A stretch of 58,234 nt of DNA from Chloroflexota bacterium (GTDB lineage Bacteria > Chloroflexota > Dehalococcoidia > Lucifugimonadales > UBA3495): contig PBMF01000015.1 of NCBI GenBank assembly GCA_002721995.1, forward strand, positions 7,141-65,374, written 5' to 3'. Both the position numbers and the translations under genes were made by a program. How positions within the stretch are numbered: the first letter of the stretch is position 1; every line of letters begins with the position of its first letter. This document shows positions 30,901-38,287 of this stretch, piece after piece. The notes beneath the pieces were generated by a model. It did not search any database, was not told where the DNA came from, and saw nothing but the letters and a program-made list of their open reading frames with translations.

Positions 30901-31074
30901 GTGGTGAATGCCGGGGCTGCCGTTGGCGGTGGGCGGCCCCTCGTACATCATGAACAGGGGCGCGTCCTTGCGTTCAGACTCGGTGCGCTTGAAGACATCC
31001 TTCTCGTTCCATTGCTTGAGGATGTCGGCGTCAAGCTGGGGGAAGCTGACTCGGCTGGATACGGACTTGAACAT
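27925..31074 (-). CDS. ileS: Isoleucine-tRNA ligase, type 2 (IleRS2)
   Basis: YEGPPTANGSPGIHH, GWDTHGLP, WTTTPWTLP, GTGIVHIAP, DQTRGWF, KMSKR, SNWYVRRSRRRFW; no C-terminal zinc finger. Confidence 0.97.
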   Translation of the reverse strand: MFKSVSSRVSFPQLDADILKQWNEKDVFKRTESERKDAPLFMMYEGPPTANGSPGIHHVLARVFKDVICRYRTMKGYRVQRKGGWDTHGLPVELEVEKELGLKTKRDIEEYGIEAFNQKCRDSVFRYVKEWETMTDRIGYWVDMEDPYVTLHNNYIESGWWMLKTLWDRDLLYQTMRGTPHCPRCVTSLSSHEVALGYRENTPDPSVFIKFQVNTAASADKADVLAKLGTENLPVFLLAWTTTPWTLPGNTGLAVDENADYSIVEMDDDTGRHRLVLAEALLAANMRGEHTVVGTIKGSELVGLGYTPLYNPADVGTQVRRFVRRPGPGGGMVSELEDGGEFAPKVISAEFVSLDDGTGIVHIAPAFGDEDLGVGREKELAFVQPVDLQGIITGNYPFASKFVKTADKEIMADLTERGLLFHHDIYRHTYPFCWRCDTPLLYYAKSSWYIRTSALKDDLVGGNDTINWYPEYIKEGRFGEWLRNNVDWAISRERYWGTPIPIWQCQTCNHTVCVGGVDELRSMAGANGALSADTLDLHRPYVDNVVLTCTQEGCSGEMRRVPEVMDAWFDSGAMPFAQYHYPFDNDSIDTDGRFPADYICEAVDQTRGWFYSLHALSTLLKGQPSYKNVICLGLILDEKGRKMSKRVGNVVEPLGVLDEHGADALRWYLFTASHPGEPRRFSAKLVSETLRRVMLTLWNVHSFFTSYAEIDKFDPSQKPADWKPDNELDLWVLSELNTLITQVDGHMDGYDPTNAGRRIQEFIDQLSNWYVRRSRRRFWRNEGDTDKLSGYVTLHTCLVTIAKLMAPLAPFVAEEIYQNLVCSVDPSAPDSVHLADYPVADPSLIDEPLMEATRLAMRVASMGRGARSKAGLKVRQPLANVFVKVRAPAERDYIDQVRPQVLEELNIKDIQVIEDDAPLVKQAQEEAGDQTETIVSVDNFTASLDGDYMVAVDGAITPELAEEGLAREMVHRIQGMRRSAKFDVTDRIVTYYQGPSEFMTVMQGAFADYIRDETLSTQLVDGAPEADNGASTESSKVEGMEITLGVRKA

Positions 31075-31249
31075 TTAACTAGGCGTTCCTTGAAACCAAC
31101 GTTAAGGGAAACCGGCGTGAAAGAGCCGATTGTATTACTAATCGGACATTATACCGCAGGGCGCGTGGGACAGTGCTCGGGTATATATCCGGGGCCTGCC
31201 CCGTCGATGAGGAGGTATCAGGCCTCTTCGTGATAGCCGCCACAACAAT

Positions 31250-31387
31250 CCGTTCGTCCTGAGCTCCGTCGAAGGGCGCGCAAAAGTAACGTTCCGCGTC
31301 AGAGAACCTTGGCCGGTCTGTGGCGGTGGTTCGATGGGTCCGACTTCGTCGAGACTCGCGACTCCGGTCGGAGCTCACCACGAGCGG
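31250..31387. repeat. REP-like doublet of the GTCGAAG/TTCGA family, one arm expanded
   Basis: CCGTTCGTCCTGAGCTCCGTCGAAGGG and GTGGTTCGA...GCTCACCACGAGCGG resemble units at 24806-24903. Confidence 0.7.
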
Positions 31388-31440
31388 TTTTTCACGGAGT
31401 AATTGGGTGCTGGCGCCCGGACCGGCAGCGATGGGATTGG

Positions 31441-31809
31441 CTAGGTCAAGAACATGTCGGCCTGGACCAGTTCCTCTTCTTCGTGGTCGGCGGACAGTCC
31501 GAAGGCGGCCAGGGTGTGGCGGCCCAGCAAGGGTTACCCGTCGGCCTTGCCGTAAACGCAGATGGTGGTGCGTTCCTGGCCGTTGATGCGCATGCGCACC
31601 TCGGCCATGGGCAGCATCTCCCAGCCGCCGCCGGGCAGGGTGAAACGGGACTCCCATTCGGGGTTCACCCCCAGCATCTCCAGGAGGCGGGAGGGGAGCA
31701 CCGAGTAGATGTTATCCGAGCCCGAAACGACGATGACACGCTGGTATCGGGAGCCTTCCCTGGGGCCGATCTCAATGGTGGAACGAAAGGTCTTCGGGGG
31801 TGTCGTCAT
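31441..31809 (-). pseudogene. Clan AA (retropepsin-like) aspartyl protease-like gene with internal TAA
   Basis: After TAA at 31534-31536 the frame continues PLLGRHTLAAFGLSADHEEEELVQADMFLT-stop, the typical C-terminus of this family; catalytic DTG motif not present. Confidence 0.6.
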
Positions 31810-31890
31810 GTGTTCTGACCTCCGGCTGCTGCCAGACTCGGGGGCTACTCTTATTCTAGTACAAATACTCTTGTATGGACGGTGGCTGAT

Positions 31891-32553
31891 TCACTCCGGC
31901 CAGCTTTCACCCCGGTAGGCCATGTCGAAGAACTGGTACTCGTAGCGCAGCACGTCCCGGAATATACCCTGCAGTTTTTCCCGTTGCTCCGGCGTGGGGT
32001 CTGATCCGTCTACCACGCTTTGCAGCCAGGCCACGAACCCAGACATGCCGGGGCTGGTGTGCAGGTCGATCCAGGTCTGGTAGTAGTGGTTGCCCGGCTT
32101 CTTGCCGGCCGCTTCGGCACGCACCGCCCAGTCCAGGTAGGGCCACTCCACGGCCAGCAGGGTGGCGACGACTTCCACGAAGGTCCCTTCGTAGGCCTGG
32201 GTGCGCAGATAGCCGCTGTAGTTCAGGGTGGTGGGCAAGTACTCTAGGGCCTTCACCTGTTCACGGGAGAGGCCCCGTTCCCGGAAGGCTTCCTGGAAGA
32301 GGCCCTCTTCACCGCCCAGCCCCAGGTGCAGGAATCCCACCAGCTCCCGGGCGGCGTCGAAGTCCGGGGCTTTGGCGGTGGCTAGGGCCAGCAGGATGGC
32401 CCAGTCTTTGAGGAACAGATAGTCCTGGTCGAAGTAGATATCGAAGGTGCTCCGCTCCAGGGAGCCGTCGGCCATCTCGTTGACAAAGGGGTGGGTTACG
32501 ACATTCTCCCAGGTGGCGGCCACCCCGGCCTTTAATTCATCGCTCAGTCCCAT
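31891..32553 (-). CDS. tenA: TenA family thiamine-salvage protein (TenA_E-like)
   Basis: HPFVNEMADGSL, YFDQDYLFL, YQTWIDLH, RYEYQFFDMAY; AVEWPY where TenA_C has the catalytic Cys. Confidence 0.88.
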   Translation of the reverse strand: MGLSDELKAGVAATWENVVTHPFVNEMADGSLERSTFDIYFDQDYLFLKDWAILLALATAKAPDFDAARELVGFLHLGLGGEEGLFQEAFRERGLSREQVKALEYLPTTLNYSGYLRTQAYEGTFVEVVATLLAVEWPYLDWAVRAEAAGKKPGNHYYQTWIDLHTSPGMSGFVAWLQSVVDGSDPTPEQREKLQGIFRDVLRYEYQFFDMAYRGESWPE

Positions 32554-32566
32554 TGAACTCACATCC

Positions 32567-32594
32567 AAAAAAAACTGCGGCCCAACCGGGCCGC
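32567..32594 (-). terminator. Intrinsic terminator between the GYD gene and tenA
   Basis: Minus strand GCGGCCC-GGTT-GGGCCGC then AG and T8. Confidence 0.7.
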
Positions 32595-32601
32595 CGCAAA
32601 A

Positions 32602-32961
32602 TCATTCGTCGCCCGGACCATCTTCCGGGGTGAAGTCCGGTCTTAGCCTCACCGACTCGGCCTGGTCCGATGGGTCCCTGGCCGGTCCGTCGCCCATGAA
32701 ACCGATGGGGATGGCGGGCAGTGTCTCCAGGTGAAGCCCAGTGCGCATACCCAGCGCCAAGGACAGCCGGGCCACGGCGTCGTTATCGTCGGCCTCGACC
32801 ATGATGACAAAGTCGTACCGGCCCAGGACGGCGTACTGCCCGAGGATCTCCGCCCCCGGGACGTTTAAGTCCCGGGTACGGTCGGTAATCAGGTTGGTAT
32901 TGCTGTGGAGCATCCGCTGCCCGTCATGGGTCAGCGAGCCTAGCAAGAAATACAGTGACAT
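32602..32961 (-). CDS. GYD domain protein
   Basis: LT.DG, GAEILGQYAVLGRYDFVIMVEADD, ETLPA. Confidence 0.85.
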   Translation of the reverse strand: MSLYFLLGSLTHDGQRMLHSNTNLITDRTRDLNVPGAEILGQYAVLGRYDFVIMVEADDNDAVARLSLALGMRTGLHLETLPAIPIGFMGDGPARDPSDQAESVRLRPDFTPEDGPGDE

Positions 32962-33046
32962 ATGTTCTCATCCCCCAGTGAGCGAGTCTGCCGACATGGC
33001 TGACCAGACTGGAGAAAGTATATCACCAGGCGCCGTTTTCTCAGCC

Positions 33047-34048
33047 TTAATTGGCCTTCTCAACGAAGCTGTTGTCGTAGGCATCGCCGGCGCCCTCGGC
33101 CGTCTCCAGCAGGCCCACCTCGACCATCCAGGCGGCGAAGTCCTCCCAGCGGTCCAGTTCCTGCCATCCGAAGATGCCGTTGTCCGTCGCCCACAGCGGT
33201 GCCAGGAGGTCAACGCCCGGGTTCTCGATGGCCAGGTCGGTCTCGGGCTTCTCAGCCTTGAGGACCGCCACGGCGTCCCGGGGGTCTTTGATGGCGTCCT
33301 GGTAGCCCCGGGTCACGGCCCTGACGAACTTTTGGACCACATCCGGGTCCTCGGCGATCTTTTCTTCGCTGGCCACGATGACCAACTCGTAGAAGTCGGG
33401 TACGCCGTTCTCTTCCATGCGCATGATGTTGATCGGGTAACCCTGGTTCTCGGCCGAGATGGACTCATGCACCCAGTAGGCGCCCACGATGGCGTCCACA
33501 TTCTTGCTGATGAGTGAAGTGACCAGATCGAAACCCACGTTGACCATCTCCACATCATCGATGCTGAGACCCTGGTGCTTGAGCATGGAGTCGATGAGCG
33601 CCTCATCGGACGGCAGTCCGGGAGCCCCCACCTTTTTGCCGGCCAGGTCCCTGGGCTCGGCTATGCCGGACTCCGTCAGCGCCATCACTGAGTTCAGCGG
33701 GTGCTGGACCAGGGCCATGATGGACACGGCCTCGACGCCCTTGTTGCGGGCGATGAGCAGCTCGGGCTGGTAGCTGATGCCGAAGTCGTCCCGTCCGGCG
33801 GCAACGGTCTGCAGCACCGTGGACGGGTCGCCAGGGACATAGATGTTCACGTCCAGGCCTTCGTCCTCGAAATAGCCGCGAGTGTCGGCCACGAAGAGGC
33901 CGGAGTGGTTGGACCAGGGGAACCAATCCAAGGCCAGTGAGATCTCGGTCAGTTCCTCGGGCTCGTCGTCGCCGCAGGCGGCGGCCAGCAGGGAAGTGAC
34001 GAGGAGCAGCGAGAGCAGGATTACCACCGGTTTATTCAGGAAGTGCAT
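33047..34048 (-). CDS. thiY: NMT1/THI5-like ABC substrate-binding lipoprotein (hydroxymethylpyrimidine uptake)
   Basis: Lipobox LAAAC, LDWFPWSNHSGLFVA..GYF, FGISYQ, GVPDFYELV. Confidence 0.88.
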   Translation of the reverse strand: MHFLNKPVVILLSLLLVTSLLAAACGDDEPEELTEISLALDWFPWSNHSGLFVADTRGYFEDEGLDVNIYVPGDPSTVLQTVAAGRDDFGISYQPELLIARNKGVEAVSIMALVQHPLNSVMALTESGIAEPRDLAGKKVGAPGLPSDEALIDSMLKHQGLSIDDVEMVNVGFDLVTSLISKNVDAIVGAYWVHESISAENQGYPINIMRMEENGVPDFYELVIVASEEKIAEDPDVVQKFVRAVTRGYQDAIKDPRDAVAVLKAEKPETDLAIENPGVDLLAPLWATDNGIFGWQELDRWEDFAAWMVEVGLLETAEGAGDAYDNSFVEKAN

Positions 34049-34085
34049 TTTCGGGTCATCTCCTTAATTGGGGTCTTGTATTCTT

Positions 34086-34883
34086 TCAGAGCCTATCCAT
34101 GGTGTTGGCCCTTTTTTCATTGAAGTACCAGGGCATCATCATCCGCTCGGCGACCACCGCCAGTACGAAGAGGGTGATGCCCATGATGGAAAGCAGGAAT
34201 ATGGCGGCGAATACCCTGGAGGTGAGGAACAGGGGCTGGGAGTAGGTAATCAGATAACCGAGCCCCTCGCTGGCCCCCACCCATTCGCCGATGACCGCCG
34301 CTATGACGCTTACCGACATGCCGATCTTGATGCCCGAGAACATGAAGGGCAGGGCGGTGGGTATCTGCAGCTTGGTGAACACCTGCCACCGGGAAGCGCC
34401 CAGGGTGCGCAGCATGTTGACCATGTCCGGGTCGATGGCCTTCAGGCCGTCCACGGTGTTGACGGCGATGGGGTAGAAGCAGATCAACGCCACGATGATT
34501 ATCTTGGGGGTGAGTCCATAGCCAACCCAGATGAGCAGCAGGGGTGCGATGGCGATGATGGGCACGGTCTGGGAGGCGATGACGATGGGGTAGACCGACC
34601 GCTCCAAGACCCGTGAATAGGCGATGCCCCCGGCCAATATGAGTCCCGCGGCCAGGGCGGCCGCAAACCCCACCACGATCTCTTTCAGGGTTACCAGGGT
34701 GTGGTCCCAGAGGAGGCCCCAACTGGCCTCCAACTCCCGGGCGATCTCCGAGGGCGCCGGAAGCTGCCAGTCGGGAACGTCGCCGATGCGCACCCACAAC
34801 TCCCACAGCAACACCAGCCCCAGGAGTATCCCAACGGGCAGCAGCCATGAGGTGAACCCCGTGCTCTTTCGGAAGAGGTCCAT
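34086..34883 (-). CDS. thiX: ABC transporter permease
   Basis: SQTVPIIAIAPLLLIWVGYG, EAA-like GASRWQVFTKLQIP, IGEWVG..GLG. Confidence 0.88.
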   Translation of the reverse strand: MDLFRKSTGFTSWLLPVGILLGLVLLWELWVRIGDVPDWQLPAPSEIARELEASWGLLWDHTLVTLKEIVVGFAAALAAGLILAGGIAYSRVLERSVYPIVIASQTVPIIAIAPLLLIWVGYGLTPKIIIVALICFYPIAVNTVDGLKAIDPDMVNMLRTLGASRWQVFTKLQIPTALPFMFSGIKIGMSVSVIAAVIGEWVGASEGLGYLITYSQPLFLTSRVFAAIFLLSIMGITLFVLAVVAERMMMPWYFNEKRANTMDRL

Positions 34884-35738
34884 CTAGGCTTCACCTGTCT
34901 CTGACTTAGCTTCGGCGGACTCCGTTCTGGCGACCTGGGTCCAGAGCGGCTCCATGAGCTGGGCCTTCAGTTGGCTGAATTCAGAGCTGGTCACCATCTC
35001 GTAGTGACGGGGCCGGGGCAGAGCAACATCCAGGGTCATGGTCACCTTGCCGGGCCTGGCGCTGAGCAGGTAGACCCGGTCGGACAGAAGCAGCGCCTCG
35101 TCCACGTCGTGGGTGATCAGGACGATGGTCTTGTTCACCGATTCCCAAAGCTGGAGCAGCCATTCCTGCATCTGGATGCGGGTCAGGGCGTCCAGGGCCC
35201 CGAAGGGTTCATCTAACAGCACCACGTCCTGGTCCAGGAGCATGGTGCGGAGGAACGCGGCCCTTTGACGCATGCCGCCGGAGAGGGCGAATGGGTACTG
35301 GTCCTCGAACCCCTTCAGGCCAAAGGCATCGGTAAGTTCCAAGGCCCGGCTCCGGGCTTCCTTCTTGGCCATGCCGCGCAGTTCCAGTCCCAAGATGGTG
35401 TTGTCCAGAACCGACCGCCAGGGCAGCAACAGGTCCTTCTGCTGCATGTAACCGGTCCTGCCCAGGCGGTCCCCACTTCCCGTGGGGCCACCGGCTATTC
35501 TTTCCGATGGGTATTCTCCGGAGAGTTCGACAACGCCTTGGTCCGGTTGGTCCAGTCCGGCGATGATGTTCAGGAGCGTGCTCTTGCCGCAGCCGCTGGG
35601 CCCAACTATGGAGACGAATTCGCCTTCGTTCACGGTGATGTCCACGTCGTCGAGCACAGCCTGGTACTGCCCACCGATCTGGTAGAATTTACTGACTGAT
35701 TCGATGCGAATCTTGGGGGCGAAAGTGTTTAGTGACAT
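34884..35738 (-). CDS. thiZ: ABC transporter ATP-binding protein
   Basis: GPSGCGKS, QKDLLLPWR, LSGGMRQR, LLDEPFGALD; start ATG 35738. Confidence 0.9.
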   Translation of the reverse strand: MSLNTFAPKIRIESVSKFYQIGGQYQAVLDDVDITVNEGEFVSIVGPSGCGKSTLLNIIAGLDQPDQGVVELSGEYPSERIAGGPTGSGDRLGRTGYMQQKDLLLPWRSVLDNTILGLELRGMAKKEARSRALELTDAFGLKGFEDQYPFALSGGMRQRAAFLRTMLLDQDVVLLDEPFGALDALTRIQMQEWLLQLWESVNKTIVLITHDVDEALLLSDRVYLLSARPGKVTMTLDVALPRPRHYEMVTSSEFSQLKAQLMEPLWTQVARTESAEAKSETGEA

Positions 35739-35768
35739 GGTTCGACTGCTGGAGTGTTGCTCAGGGAC

Positions 35769-35807
35769 AAAAAATAAGCCGCCCGTGTAAATCTCGCGGC
35801 GGCCTAT
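35769..35807 (-). terminator. Terminator expression platform of the TPP riboswitch
   Basis: Minus strand GCCGCC..GGCGGC then TTATTTTTT, between aptamer and thiZ. Confidence 0.7.
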
Positions 35808-35828
35808 CAAGATAGGTAGGGTTCTAGT

Positions 35829-35928
35829 CCGATTCCCTCCGCTGGCATTACCCAGTTCAGGTTCGCAAGGGTCGGTGGCAGTGGACGGCCTCCCTCTCAG
35901 CCCGGCTAATCCGAGCTCCCCTACGTGC
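35829..35928 (-). promoter_or_regulatory. TPP riboswitch
   Basis: Minus strand AGGGGAGC..GCTGAGAG..GACCCTT..GAACCTGAACTGGGTAATGCCAGCGGAGGGAA matches the THI element; upstream of thiamine-precursor transport genes. Confidence 0.95.
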
Positions 35929-35980
35929 CTAGATGTCCCGAATTTTTAAGCGGGGGCCGTGCCCCCTTTTGTGCAGGGGC

Positions 35981-36010
35981 ATTATAGGGTTGGGCCGAAA
36001 ATGGTGTCAA
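35981..36010 (-). promoter_or_regulatory. Consensus sigma70 promoter for the TPP-riboswitch operon
   Basis: Minus strand TTGACA-18 nt-TATAAT. Confidence 0.75.
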
Positions 36011-36077
36011 CATCTTTCAGCTTCGGACAGGCATGGGCCGGCCTGCGCCGCCACGCCTGCGGATGGACACAAATTTC

Positions 36078-36107
36078 TTGACAATGAATCTGCGCCCGCC
36101 ATACAAT
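36078..36107 (+). promoter_or_regulatory. Sigma70 promoter for the HMGL-like gene
   Basis: TTGACA-18 nt-TACAAT. Confidence 0.65.
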
Positions 36108-36225
36108 TCCGCCCAACAAGGGGCTGCTTCGGAAAGGCCCCCGGCTCCCACGCCCCATATCGATATGAGGCCCGGTTAACCCCCGGATTTACCGATTTAG
36201 ACACGCCCTAATTAAGGAGGCCCCA

Positions 36226-37410
36226 ATGGCAGATTGGCCAACGGTTAAATACAAGGAAGAGGGCATGCGTGAAGGCATGCAGATCGAAGACGCCAATATC
36301 TCGGTGGCGGACAAGGTCAAGCTGCTGGACGCCCTTTCCGAGACCGGTCTAAACCAGATCGTGGTCGGCTCCTTCGTCAGTCCCAAGTGGACCCCCCAGA
36401 TGGAGCGCATCGACGAGATCGTAACCCAGTTCACCCCCAAGCCTGGCGTCACCTACACCGCCCTGGCCCTGAACTCCCGGGGTGTGGAGCGCGCCCGGGC
36501 CTATTCTCCCCCGCTGACCATCGAGCGGGACGGCTATCCCCGCCTGACCTGCCACATGTGCGACGTGTTCGTTCGCCGCAACACCAACCGGTCCCAGATG
36601 GCCGAGATGGAGCGGTGGCCCCAGATCGTGGCCCAGGCCCAGGAACTGAATATCAAAGAGGCCGGCATCGGCACCAACGCCAGCTGGGGCTCCAACTTCA
36701 TGGGTGAGTTCCCCGTGGACGCCCTCATGACCATGTTGGAAAAGCAGCACAGCATGTGGGACGAGGTCGGAATCGACGTCCGCAGCGTCTCCATGGGCGA
36801 CCCCATGAGCCACTGCACGCCGGCAAAGGTGGAAGAGAGCGTTTACCGGGTCAAGGAAAAGTGGCCCGAGGTCAACCACATCCGCCTGCACCTGCACAAC
36901 GGCCGCAACATGGCCATCGCCTCGGCCTACGCCGCCATGCGCACCCTGGGCCCCGACGACACGTTGGAGCTGGACGGCACCATTGGCGGGTTCGGCGGCT
37001 GCCCCTACTGCGGCAACGGCCGCGCCACCGGCATGGCCCCCACCGAAGACCTGCTGCACATGATGGAAGACATGGGCATCCCCACCGGCGTGGACATCGA
37101 CAAGCTGATCGACTGCGTCTGGATGGCCGAGGACATCATGGGCAGGGAACTCTACGGGCACGTCTCCAAGGCCGGCCCCCGGCCCAAGACCGTAGACAAG
37201 CTCTACGACATGAACGCTCCTTTCGTGGAGACCATGGAACAGGCCAAGCACTTCAAGAAGGGCCCCGAGGTCTACGAAGGCGGCATCTACCCCTACAACG
37301 AGCCCATCACCAGCCCCTACCGGGACCGGGTCGAAGAGGGTACTCCCGCCTACGACGGTCCCAGCGGCGACTTCCCCTGGAAGCAGGACTGGTTCCCCGC
37401 CAAGGACTAA
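36226..37410 (+). CDS. HMG-CoA lyase-like DRE-TIM metallolyase
   Basis: EEGMREGMQ, GSFVSPKWTPQM, LHLHN, GGFGGCPY, PTEDLLHM..GVDIDKL; AAGGAGG SD. Confidence 0.85.
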   Translation: MADWPTVKYKEEGMREGMQIEDANISVADKVKLLDALSETGLNQIVVGSFVSPKWTPQMERIDEIVTQFTPKPGVTYTALALNSRGVERARAYSPPLTIERDGYPRLTCHMCDVFVRRNTNRSQMAEMERWPQIVAQAQELNIKEAGIGTNASWGSNFMGEFPVDALMTMLEKQHSMWDEVGIDVRSVSMGDPMSHCTPAKVEESVYRVKEKWPEVNHIRLHLHNGRNMAIASAYAAMRTLGPDDTLELDGTIGGFGGCPYCGNGRATGMAPTEDLLHMMEDMGIPTGVDIDKLIDCVWMAEDIMGRELYGHVSKAGPRPKTVDKLYDMNAPFVETMEQAKHFKKGPEVYEGGIYPYNEPITSPYRDRVEEGTPAYDGPSGDFPWKQDWFPAKD

Positions 37411-37437
37411 CCAGCCAGGGTTTTCTTCGGAACCGAC

Positions 37438-37471
37438 AAGCGGCCACCCATCTGTGGGCGGCCGCTTTTTT
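37438..37471 (+). terminator. Intrinsic terminator
   Basis: AAGCGGCCACCCA-TCTG-TGGGCGGCCGC then T6. Confidence 0.8.
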
Positions 37472-37500
37472 GTTCTTGGGAGTTGGTGAGTTTGGAGCGC

Positions 37501-37581
37501 CTCCTCCATCCTAACCTTCCCCCGCAGGCGGGGGAAGGGACTGCCCTCTCCCCCGGCCACGGGGGAGAGTTAGAGAGGGGG
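37501..37581. repeat. REP-like doublet, CC(T)CATCCTAA..CCCC..GGGGAAGGGA family
   Basis: CCTCCATCCTAACCTTCCCCCGCAGGCGGGGGAAGGGA with an inverted partner; similar copies at 45744-45858 and 53333-53360. Confidence 0.75.
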
Positions 37582-37702
37582 CCGCTTTTCGCACAAACCA
37601 TCTCTCCCGGAAGAAACCGCACACCCGGTAGCTCACCAACCATCCTGGGTGCTACCATGTCGCCACTTTCATGCCCCGCCGAGAAAATAAGGAGGCCCAG
37701 TA

Positions 37703-38287
37703 ATGGCCGCAACCAACCCCACAGACCCCAATAAGATTCGTCTGACTGGAGAAAATTCCTTCATCCGGCTGGCCGACCCCAGAACCAAGGAGGAGACCAG
37801 CAGGGCCAGTCACTGGCGGGTGTGGTTGTCGCCCGGGGGAGCGGGACACGTCTTGTTTTTGCGCAGCGATGCCACCGACGGCCAGGTGCGCATCTACTCC
37901 GACAACATCGCCCTGGCCCGCTGGCTCCAGGACGAGATTGAACGCCTGCTTCACGAGGAGTTCGCGGACCAGACCATGCAGATCATCGACGCCGAATTCA
38001 CCCGCAAGGGTGACACTCAGAACTTCTGGACCGAGACCATAGAGAGCGACGACGAGACCATCGCCATGACCTGGTACGAGTTCATGGAGCCCTACATGCT
38101 GGTGGTGCCCGCCGGCAGCGCTTCAGGCCGGCCCCACGGGGTTTACAGCTGCTTCATACCGGCCCGGAAGGCCCAACTGACCATAAATGGGGAGGTGGCG
38201 TCGGGGGACGTAACCCACGACCGTCGGGGCGACAAGGACAGCAGTTCCGCCTGCCTGGCCCTCAGCGAGACCTGGGTCAGGCCGTAG
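37703..38287 (+). CDS. Hypothetical protein
   Basis: AGGAGG SD, 194 aa, coding-like codon pattern; no family recognised. Confidence 0.75.
   Translation: MAATNPTDPNKIRLTGENSFIRLADPRTKEETSRASHWRVWLSPGGAGHVLFLRSDATDGQVRIYSDNIALARWLQDEIERLLHEEFADQTMQIIDAEFTRKGDTQNFWTETIESDDETIAMTWYEFMEPYMLVVPAGSASGRPHGVYSCFIPARKAQLTINGEVASGDVTHDRRGDKDSSSACLALSETWVRP

Noticed and set aside
31075-31250. T-box leader for ileS
   Set aside because: No T-box consensus or terminator; a TATAAT box lies only ~75 nt upstream of the start
31534-31536. Genome-wide TAA recoding suggested by two in-frame TAAs (12569, 31534)
   Set aside because: TAA is the normal stop of proB, mfd and others in this window
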